Of a stretch of 64,000 bases of DNA, positions 17,669 to 28,000 are shown piece after piece (position 1 is the stretch's first letter; each line of letters begins with the position of its first letter). The stretch spans positions 96,001-160,000 of the IMG/VR virus record IMGVR_UViG_3300007539_000009; one strand, written 5' to 3'. Under the pieces are notes generated by a model, which saw only the letters and a list, made by a program, of their open reading frames with translations, was not told the DNA's origin and made no database searches. The stretch comes from a virus. A program made the position numbers and the translations under genes.

Positions 17669-19080
17669 CAGCTCACCAGGTTGACGGCACCGGCACGGAT
17701 GGCGGTAGCCAGGATGATCAGCCGACCAGACTGCGCAAAGTCGCCTGCGTTGTACTGCGGGTTGGACAGGTCTTGAGCGAAGTCGAAGGCAGGTCCGGTC
17801 ACAAGACATGCTCCCAGCTGGCCAATCTCCAGGTCGAACACGTTGGTGCCACGAACATGGGCACGCGCGCCGAGTGTCTGGTTCTGCCCATCTTTGAAGT
17901 ACATGTGCCAACCTGTTTCGATGCCGTCGTTAGTGTTGCCGGTCACTAGATTCGGCGGCTGCCACAGCACGTTGACACTCAGGATCTTGGCCACAGTCAC
18001 CGGCGTACCACCTACCACCGGCGGAGTCAGCTCGTAGGCTACCGACGTGCTAAGCAGTGCAGGCGCGAGATCCAGCACGAACTGCTGAACGATGAGACCT
18101 GAGTCAGCCAGCGGGTGAATATGGTCTGAGCGTGCAGCGGTGTCTGCCGTGCCATTCTTTGCGCTTGCCTGCAAGAAGGCTACGCCGAGCTTCTCGATAC
18201 CGCCGTCATCTACGACTGTCAGCGAATCAAACCGATTGATGTCGATAGTCGCTGTGCGCCCATTGGTCTGGATCTGGGCCGGGACGTTAGACCCAGTCAC
18301 GGAGATCGATAAGTAGCCCGCAGTATCCGCTGCTTGCACATCGAGCACGGCTTCATCTATAGCCGTGAACGCTCCAGCAGGCATGAGACCAGGACGACTA
18401 CCACCTGGCTGCGCTGCGTCGAGCGCCGCCACCTGGATAGCGTCACCACCTCCAGGCAGGTGCGTAGCTGCGTGGTCGTCAACGGGCACCGACACTCCGC
18501 CAGGGAGGCTGTACACGTCTGTGCTGTTGCCCAGCACTGTCAACTCGCTTCCGGACGGCGCTGTGTTGTCGTACTGGACCGTTGCCAGCTTGACGAAGCC
18601 TACGTCTGTCGCCCCAAGCACCGGATCTGCGATAGTAACAACAAGCGAGCTGTTGGAGATATACGAGACTCGTGACGTCGGAAGCGTTTGGGTGACCGTC
18701 TCCGCATCCTGCTGAACAATGACCTGAGTCAGCGGGTCCGTAGACGTAAAGTTCCTGGTCTGCAAGACCTCTTGTCTACCCGCAACCAAGAACACGCCCA
18801 CCTGTGTCGGCTCTGCTGCTGAGACGGTGATCTGGCGAACGTCCTCACTGGTCTGGACGATCACACCGTTCACTGCAAAGTACTGCGCCGGAACAGTAAT
18901 AGTCAGCACTGTTCCTGCCAGCTCAGCAGTGGGGATGATGTTGTCGAACAACACCTTCCCTGTGCCTGATGAGGTGGTAGCGCGCAGCAGCCTGTCGACC
19001 TCTTCCTCCGTGAAGTTGTGGAGGTTGTTGAGGTCCTCAACCAGAGCTCGCTGGCCTTGTGCGAAGGTGATCTTCTTCAT
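17668..19080 (-). CDS. Tail fibre / baseplate protein
   Basis: MKKITFAQGQRALVEDLNNL, HAATHLPGGGDAI and AARSDHIHP motifs. Confidence 0.6.
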   Translation of the reverse strand: MKKITFAQGQRALVEDLNNLHNFTEEEVDRLLRATTSSGTGKVLFDNIIPTAELAGTVLTITVPAQYFAVNGVIVQTSEDVRQITVSAAEPTQVGVFLVAGRQEVLQTRNFTSTDPLTQVIVQQDAETVTQTLPTSRVSYISNSSLVVTIADPVLGATDVGFVKLATVQYDNTAPSGSELTVLGNSTDVYSLPGGVSVPVDDHAATHLPGGGDAIQVAALDAAQPGGSRPGLMPAGAFTAIDEAVLDVQAADTAGYLSISVTGSNVPAQIQTNGRTATIDINRFDSLTVVDDGGIEKLGVAFLQASAKNGTADTAARSDHIHPLADSGLIVQQFVLDLAPALLSTSVAYELTPPVVGGTPVTVAKILSVNVLWQPPNLVTGNTNDGIETGWHMYFKDGQNQTLGARAHVRGTNVFDLEIGQLGACLVTGPAFDFAQDLSNPQYNAGDFAQSGRLIILATAIRAGAVNLVS

Positions 19081-19092
19081 GGAGTCTGGGCG

Positions 19093-22000
19093 TCAGCCAG
19101 CAACAGTAGCGACTACCTCAAAGGTAGCCTGGTTGTCAGAGTTCACAGGGATACCAGTCGGGTCGACCATAGCCATGAGCTCGACTACAGCCATCATCTC
19201 GCCATCAGGGTAGTAAGACACCGGCTCCCACTGCGTCGTGAGCGCCTCGCCGGTTACCGGATGTTTGATCTTCAGCGGCGACGTGTCAGAGTACTTGAGC
19301 CCTGCAGGCAGCGGGATCGTACCGCGTACTAAGATTGATCCGCTGTACGTCGCGGGCATGTTGATAATCAGTAGTCCGACTGTCGTATCGCCAGGACCAA
19401 TCGTGTTGAAGTTACTGTCCTGGAACGCAGCTGTGATCTCTAGTGACGTAAGTGTGTCGTCAGCACTAGGAACACCGTAATCAACAAGCCCACTCAGTAG
19501 GTTCGAGGTGTACGCACCGCTGGTAACAGCCTCGAATACGTTGTCGGCCGCGATCAAGAGGTAGATTCTGGAGCTGAGATACTCCTCTTTTGCTACGTCG
19601 CCTGAGCCGTTGATGTTGGCGTCCAGCCGCACCGGGTCGAGCTCCACTAACTGGCTGGACGAAGCCAGCGTGTTGCCGACAATCCTAGCTACACGGCAGC
19701 CGGCAACCATCAAAGCAGTCAAGCTAAATCTCGGGTCGATGAACGGCCAGGTGCTGCGATATCGGTACAAGAGATCCGCCCGAACACGGTCCCCGCTAGA
19801 GCCCACAGCTTCTCCGACGCCAGGGTTACTGACTGCGGCAAAGCTACGGTTACGCGCAGGCACATCGACTGACCAAGCACCAGTGCCGTTGGCTACACCA
19901 GACGTAGGAGCCAGATTTTCGATGTCGTTGATCCGAATGATGTTGCCCTCGATGTTGAGGTTGCCTACCTGCTGGTTGCCGCCACGGATATCAAACACGC
20001 CGTAGGCTGTGGAGCCTACCAGCTCAGGCGCGAACGTCCCGTCGAACACAGGCGGGTAGAACGTCTGACTCCCTCCAGTGACCGGGTGGACGTCGGAGCC
20101 GGGCAGCACTGGCCACGTGTTGATGAGGTTCTGGAACTCAGTAGGCAGCGGCGCACTAGGGTCGGTGGGGCCGAACGCCATGACACCCTCGACGATGTCT
20201 TGGTACGAGATCAGCGGTACCCCATCTCGATCTGTCAAGTAGACCGGCCAGTGCTCGTAGTACGCCGTGTTGTTGCGGAACGTGAACTGCGGCCCGTCGT
20301 TCACGTCAACACCGTTACCGCACATGTACCGTAGGTGACTCAGGTTCAGGTTGTAGCCAAGGCGGATGTTGTTGTTCTCGATCCGCACCTGGCCGTACTG
20401 ATGGCCTGATATGTCCACAGCCGACTCGGCGTGCGAGAGGCCCGTATCCCTGATCACGTTGTCTGTGATTAACAGCGTGCCCCACGACGGTCCGCCAGTA
20501 TCGGAAGAAATCGTTCCCGGAGCGGTCAACAGGTCCCGGTCTGGCGGTCCGAACTGGTTGCCAGTCAACCTGCTCAGTACGCGAACACCTGAACGACCAC
20601 ATAGACGGATAGTGCTGAACTCGACCAGCGTCTCATCGCCGCCTACGTTGCGCAGTTCAATGCCGTGGCGCTGAGCAATGTTGACAACGCTGCCACCGCT
20701 CCAAACGAAGTCCCAGACGTTACGGGCGGTCACGCCCCACAGAGACTCGCGGCCACCACCGTACACCAGGTTCGGGACGTTGCTCGGGTCCGGATACAGG
20801 TCGGCCACCGTCTCGTCATAGTTGGGATGGGACGGATCGCCAGGCCAACCAGGGAAGAACGGGCCACCTGGCTGATCGCCTGAGCCAACACGCAACGGCG
20901 GCCGGTTGTCATCGACCTCGAAGAAGTCTTCTCCGTCCTGCGTATTCCCTACTACCGCGTTCAGCACCGTGGCATGCGAGTAGTTGGGGTAATACACATC
21001 TGCTTCAGTCGCAGCCCCAGGGTAAATTCCGTCGTTGAACGACTGTGTTGGGAACGACTCAGGACCGCCGTATGCGTAGATGTAGAAAGGTACATCTACG
21101 GGATTGATAGCCGGGTTGCTGGGCGTGAACCGGAGTGTGATCGGTGCGCCAAACTTGCCGCTAAACGCCGAGGTCACGGCGGCGATGGAATCGGCCGTAA
21201 CTTCTAGGCGAAGCTGTGTAGCCAGCAGGCCCCCGCGCACAGTCCAAGCGGCCGGATCCTCGCCAGGCGTCGCTGCGATCACTTCCCACTGGTTGCCTGC
21301 GACAAGCGGCGTTGAATCAGCAACAGTGATACTCACCGTACCGATCGTCGAGCTGTCTAGATCAACTACGCCGTCATCATCAGTGAACTTGATGACGGTA
21401 GAGAACACCTCAGTACTCAGTCGATTAGCGCCGAACGCTGTGTTGTACGCGGCATCGCGCGGGAATACCCATACGTCACTGTGCTTGGCCACCAGCACAG
21501 CCTGCGTAGCGACCGGATACGTCACGCCGTCCCGGAACTCGAGGTTCAGTAGACGTCGAGCACGTCCATCCGGAAGCTGCGGATCATCAAACACTACGTC
21601 GAGGTTGTAGATAGCAGCCACGCTCGCACTTGTAATGCGAGCGAGCAGCATACCGCCACCTACGGGTAGCGTGATCGTATTGCCGAAGGTCAACTGCTGG
21701 TTACCAGCCGACGTAAGGAAGTTGATTACGCCTGTGCTGCCAAAGCCACCTCCGCCGATGTAACGCACAGTTGCAGTACGCCGCAGCGGATTACCCGGAG
21801 CGTTGTCGTATGTGTCGGGATCAGGGTCTCCGTAGCCAGACCAGAACACTTCGTCCGGCGCTGTGTACAGCGAGTTGTTGACGTAGTACTTCGGGTCGTT
21901 AACGTTGCTGACGCCTGCCGTGGCTGTCGGCGGGGCGAAGCCAAAGACGAAAGCATTAGGCCGTGTCCGCGACATAGGCAGCAGGCTGACGTCGAACGCA

Positions 22001-25000
22001 ACAGCGTCATCAACTTCATCCTTAGTCCAGGCAATCTTGTTTGCCGGAGCCACGGTGTTGCCTTGATCGTCGTACTGATCTTGCGCATCCTGATCAGCAC
22101 CAAGAGGGCCACGAATCCAACGGTTAGGCGCAAGGCGAACCAGCGCGTGATCCCACTCACCCAGCACAGCGCAACGATGGAACTCAAGGCCCTGCCACTT
22201 AGTAGATGACGTTCCCTGATCGATCTTGAGCGGGTTATCGTTCGTGTTGACGTTGGAGTCCTTGAGCTTGAGCACCGACACTTTGCCCGGTGTTTTGATA
22301 GCTGCAGACTCACCTGCACGGATCTTCAGGTCGTAGAAGTGAACGTGCTGGTTAGCCGTCTGATAGTCGAAGAAGATCGACGCGTCAGCGCCAGGGTCTA
22401 TGACCACGGGCTCAGGCTCTGTAGCACCCGGCGTAGCCCGAATGATCAGGGGCTCTGTCGCAGTAGGCGTATGCAGTAGCTGCACCTCCCCCGGACCATT
22501 AGAGTCCGTGAACGAGATAGCACCGTAAGCACCTGCGTCAATCTCAATGACGTCAAGCGCGCCCTTTGACCCTGACTCCTGCAAGAACACAGGCGTGCCG
22601 TCGGCCAACCCATCAGCACCATTGAGCACGCCTACTTGCCGCAACGCAGCAGCAAGCGGCTCTGTCGACGCAGTCTCCGTTGCGTCAGGTTCAGGAAGCA
22701 GGCGCTGCCACCCCGTCGGCGTCACCCGAATCGTGGCCGGGATGTCATCCTCTTCAGGGAAGGGGCCTTCCGGCACGCCGAACGGCACGACTGTCAGGTC
22801 TAGCTCGTTTGATGCGTACTGACCCGTGAACACTGCAATCTTGTAGTTAACAAGGTTCTGCAGCGCGAACGACGGCGCTACGAACGTGATAGTGCCCGGG
22901 TCGACGAACGTTGTGGGGAGCGGCACGCTACCGTTAGCAAACACAGCAACCTCGCCGTCGAAGAACGTCGTAGTCGACGCTGCGTTGATGCGAACAGTTG
23001 TATCTCCACTGAACTGCAGAATCTTGCTAGGCGACAACGACTCGATGGTCGGAGGCGGGTTCACCACCGACGCCTGTGTCGTAATCGTCACCGTCTCGTT
23101 AGGCGATAGCGACGGGCTACCTGCCCAAGTGGCTTCCAGCGTGTACAGCCCGGCGCGAGTGAACCCAACGTCTTGGGTGATAACACCGTTGGTGGTCGAC
23201 TTGAACACCTCGGACCCGCTCTCGAACGTGCCGCCGTTCGAGGTGGTACTGGCGATAGACAGCGTGATGCTGCCGGTCGCTTGAGAGTCAAGCACCGCCT
23301 GCCCCTCGAAGTCCGAATCGATGAGTTGCGACGTGATGCGGAATCCCTGGTTGTTACCTACTTCCGGCAACACGACGAGAGCGGTCAGATCAGACTCAAG
23401 CGTATCTGCGGCAAGCGGACTTGTTGCCGGGGACGGGGACGCCGATGATGGAGACACCGAGATGTACGCTACTCCACCGGACTGACCACCTCCCGGAGCA
23501 AAGTTGAGGATGCTGAACACATAAGTGCCAGCAGTGCTCAGCAATGCAGGGTCAGGGCTTGCGATAAATAGTGTCGGCGACTGGTACGTGCCCGGAATGG
23601 GGGTCGTACCGTTAACGATGACACGCGCAGACTCGTCAAACCCGGAGCCGAAGAGTGAGATCGATGACGGAGGGCTTGCGGTAGAACCAGTGCTAGGGGT
23701 GATGCTGAGCAGCGTCGGCACCGGGTTGTTCACTGTGATCGCCGCTGAGTCTTCAGTCAGCACTCCACTAGTGAACCTGACCTCATATGCTCCTCCCTCG
23801 TCGATGCGGAGATCATCGAAGATCGCAAGGCCACCGGTTGTTAGCTTTGAGGTTGTGCCGCTCAGTACGCCATCGAACGAGGTAGGCGCAAGCTGGGCAA
23901 CGATGGGGACGCCTGAGTCCTCATAGTCCGCATCGATGGTGCCTTCGTTTGTTTGCACCGATACCGCAACTGTGAACGTCTGGTTCTCGTTCAGCGACGA
24001 CTGCGGCTGTTGGTCTACAGACAACGAGATCGGCGGCGGATCAGGCGGATCGATAATCACTGACTCGCCTGTCACCAGCTGTGAGAAGGCAACGGCTACT
24101 TCCGCAAACGAGCCGACGCAGATGAAGCGCTCTACTGTGTAGCCTGCCGTGCTGACGCCGTCGGCCAGCAGCTCCTGCATCAGCAGCAGCGCGTTGAATT
24201 GACCGTACTTCTGCCCTACCGGGTTGAGCTGCCCTAAAGGAGGAAGAATCAGCGTCGACCGGACCGACGAGCTGATCACCTTATCGAGCGCGCAGATGCC
24301 TACAGCGCGCGTGCCTGTCTGGTTAGACAGGATCATGCCGCCGGGCAGGTCGCTCGGGAAGACCAGCTGATTCGCCGCAGAAAATCCTACTTCTGTAGGT
24401 CCGTCATCCCCGACAACCGGGAAGTATGTGTAGGCGCGTACAAACTCATCAGTCAGCGCCATGCTCAGCTGCGAGCGTGCCGAGCCGTCGCGGTTGGTGA
24501 GCTCGGGTGTGATGGTGCCGCGAACTCGAATGATTGACGGGTTGCCGAGGTAGTCGACTTCGACGTGCTTGTCGACACGGGCTGCACTGATAGTCAGCGA
24601 CGCACCCTGATACGAGAACGGCACGAGATACGGCATGTACACGTCCGTGCGAGCCGCCTTCTCGCCGAATTGAGAGAAGACTAGCGGTGTATCGCTGGGC
24701 TGCGTATACACCTGCAGCAGGTTGCCGCCCTCATTGACGAGGTAGCTGCCGGTGCGGTCAACGCCGCTAAACCCATACTGAGCCCCACGAGCTTTGGTCA
24801 GCGAGTTCAGTACGTTGACGCCATCCCAAGTGAGATCTGAGATAGCCCCACCAAACTCAGCCTCGAAAGTCAGCGTAGCCCGAGCGCCAACCAACGTCTG
24901 GTCACTGGCCAGCGTGCTGTGCGATACACCGTCAGGGTCAGGATCCGTCGGCTGGAGGAACCCGTCGTAGTGGTCTGAGTTGTCGAGATCGATCGACGCC

Positions 25001-28000
25001 TCTACTGCTTTCGCCCCACCGTTGAGCCGTTGCCAACCCTTCAGGCCGGAGTACGTCAGCCAGTAGTCAGGAGCAACGTAGGTGACAGCACCGGCAATGA
25101 ACTGGCCTGTGATCTCTGTCTCAGCACCGGGTCCTTCAATGTCGAAGTCCTCGTTGAAGACGACGGCATCGTTGATGTCACCAATCGCTACTTTCGCGCC
25201 TTGCAGCAGCACGATGCCTTCGCGGTCCACCGTGTGCACGTCGTACTCGCGAGGCCACAAGTCCTGCACGATGCCGTCGACGCGCCAGTCTTCTGTGAGC
25301 CCTGATCCGACCTTGGTAGCGGAGAAGCCGTTGCCTGAGTAGTCGGGGATCGTAAGGCCCCAGCCACGCCAGAAGTGGTAGACAGCCGTAAGACCGTCGG
25401 TCACTAGCGGAGATCCAGTGGTAGCCTCGACCCCGATGTTATGAATCGGCCGGGGAATGCTGAAGCTAGTCTCCAACGCTTCCGGGTTGAAAGCGTTGGT
25501 GAGCGTGATACTTGGCTGCTGAATAGCGCCGCCGACGCTGAACACGGGGCTGCCGGAAGCTACGCCGCCTATCCACAGGTCTTCGCCTGTGACATCGTTC
25601 ACCGTCAGGTCCGCTACAGGCGTATCAGGGCTAGGCGAACCGACGCCCCACAGCTCGCCATTGACGACGATCTCAGTGCGGTACCGATTGCCCAGGTCCC
25701 GATACTGGGCTGTGATCTCAAACCACTCGTTGACCGGCAGGGTGTACGTAGTAGACGCCGGCGTGATGATGGCGGTGCCATCACCGAACGGATCAGGCTC
25801 CTCGGGGGAATACTCCGGATCGTTAGGCGAGAAGAACGGGTTAGGGAAGACGTAGCTGCCGGGCGAGCCAGGATCCGGGCTAACGAACAGCCCTGACGCA
25901 CCTACCTCGAAGTACGGACGAACAACGCCTTCCTCGAGCACGTTTAGCCCGAGAGTAATCGGACCGTACGAGAAGATGACCGGCGTCTCTCCGCCAACGT
26001 AGCTGCCAGAGTTGATCTTCAGCCAAGTGCGGAACGCAAACTCCGACCCACTTGAGTAGTCAAGCGTGTTGGCGGCAGGCAATAGAGCATTAGTGACTCC
26101 TGTGTTCGCCACCTGCAGCCGGCGATCACCTGTGAGCTCAATAGCCTTACCCGTGCGGTACCCTTGGCCTGAGTCAGCGATCCAGTAGTTGCTGGGCGAC
26201 TCGTACCTAACCGCAAGGTTGCCAAGCCCGCGCTTCTCCGAGTAGCGACGAGCAAAGACTGACGACTGGTTGAGGAACTGATCGTCCCCAACGAGGTAGT
26301 GCACGCCCGGAGCGAGCGTAGCCGGAGGTTCAGTGAGCTGCGACGCTACCTCAGGGCCAAACGAATACAGGTACGGCGTGTACAACCAGCCATCACTGTC
26401 CGTCTGGTCGTTGAACTCGGCCTGAGCAATAAACGACTCACCTGCCAGCAGCGTGTTAGCCAGCGGGTTGTCGGATTGCAGCGATAAGCTCGGGCTGCCT
26501 TCGACGAGCGTAGCTGTGGTCGTATCGGCCAGCGCGCTGTTATCAGCAACCTCGTCCTCAAACGCCTCAGTGAAGACAATAGGCTGCGTCTCCGCCGGAC
26601 GGATTCGATCCAAGAACACAGCTACGTCTTCGAGCTGTGCCTGTTCCGTTGCCAGTCCCCATCGCAGCTTGACAGCGAAAACGTGATGCTTGAACACGTT
26701 CGCAAGCTGGGTGTTCAGCAGCTGGATGTTCTCGCCGACTGCTTGCGCCTGCGTCGGATCAAGCGCCTCATCTAAGTACAGGAACTGGTCGAGTGTGCGC
26801 GTCTGACGAGCCCAAACGGTGTACTCCGTTACCGAAGGTGCGAGAATACCACCGCCGTACCCGTACTGCCCGTACTGCCCGTCGCCATAGCCAATTGGGA
26901 AGGCACCGATAGTCTCAGAGTCAAACGTGACGCGTAGCGTGTGCGCATCTACGACCTCTACTACTCGTCCGTACTGCGTCGCTGCGGCTGACGACGGCAG
27001 CGTGAGGTAAGACTGCGCAGCCACCTCCTGAACCTGGACTGCTCCCACAACAGGGGACAGATCAGGCGAACTAGGAGCAGCCTTACCAGTAGGCCAGACG
27101 CAAGTGATGAGACTGCCCGAGCCAGTCGGGCTACTATTGTCGACAGCAAATGCCTCATCAAGCTCGTTCTGCCACGCAAGCGGCGCATTGACTAGCCCGA
27201 GTAGCGTGCTAAAGCCGCTCGGACTGTCGAGCAGGTTCTCGATAACAAACGGAGGCACGCTCGCAGTTGTGATGCTGAGCGAGCCGGCCGGGAACCCAGC
27301 TGTGACCGTAGAGTCGTACGACAGGTGCGTGACGTCGACGGCGCCTGTGTTAGTGGGCAGGAACGCACTCTGCTGCGCCTGCTCGAGCGTAGCAAAGCTG
27401 GTGATGCCCAGCTTGATGAGATCCCCAGCCCACACTTCTTGCTCAAAGAAGTTGACGCTGAAATCAGTCAACAGCCCAGTAGCGTTATTGAACGTAGCAA
27501 CCGTGCTCGTGAAGTTGGACGGCGTGCGCACGTCCAATCGCTTAGCGAACTGGTAATCGTCAGAGAACTGCTCAGCAAAGAACGCGAGCAGTCCAACGTC
27601 AGCAAGCTCGTCCCGATCGTACACCGTCACCAGGTCATTGACGGCGTAGAACTTAGACATCTCCTGCGGTGCGCGCAGCACACGCAGCGGCTGCTCCGGA
27701 AGCAGCGGCACTACGAAAGTAGCAGTACCGTCAGACGGTTGAACAGTCAGCCCCTGCCCTGTTGTGGTATCGACAATACCAGCGGCCGTACCTGCTTGAT
27801 CCAAGAAGGCGGATCCCAGCAGGATGCTTCCGTAGTTCTGGATCGCACTCTTAGTGGACGCACCACGGTACGCCGCGTACAGCGACGCAGTGAGCCCACG
27901 GTACTCCGCGCTCGAGTCGCGAACCAGGTCAATAGGCTCGCCCCACACCTGGGCGATGGTCTGCTCATCAACGTCCGTCTCGAAGAACCAACCTTCCTCG

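Noticed and set aside
19093-19110. Protein or RNA trans-splicing joining the 3636-aa and 1098-aa genes
   Set aside because: No split-intein motifs at either terminus and no intron structure flanking either gene
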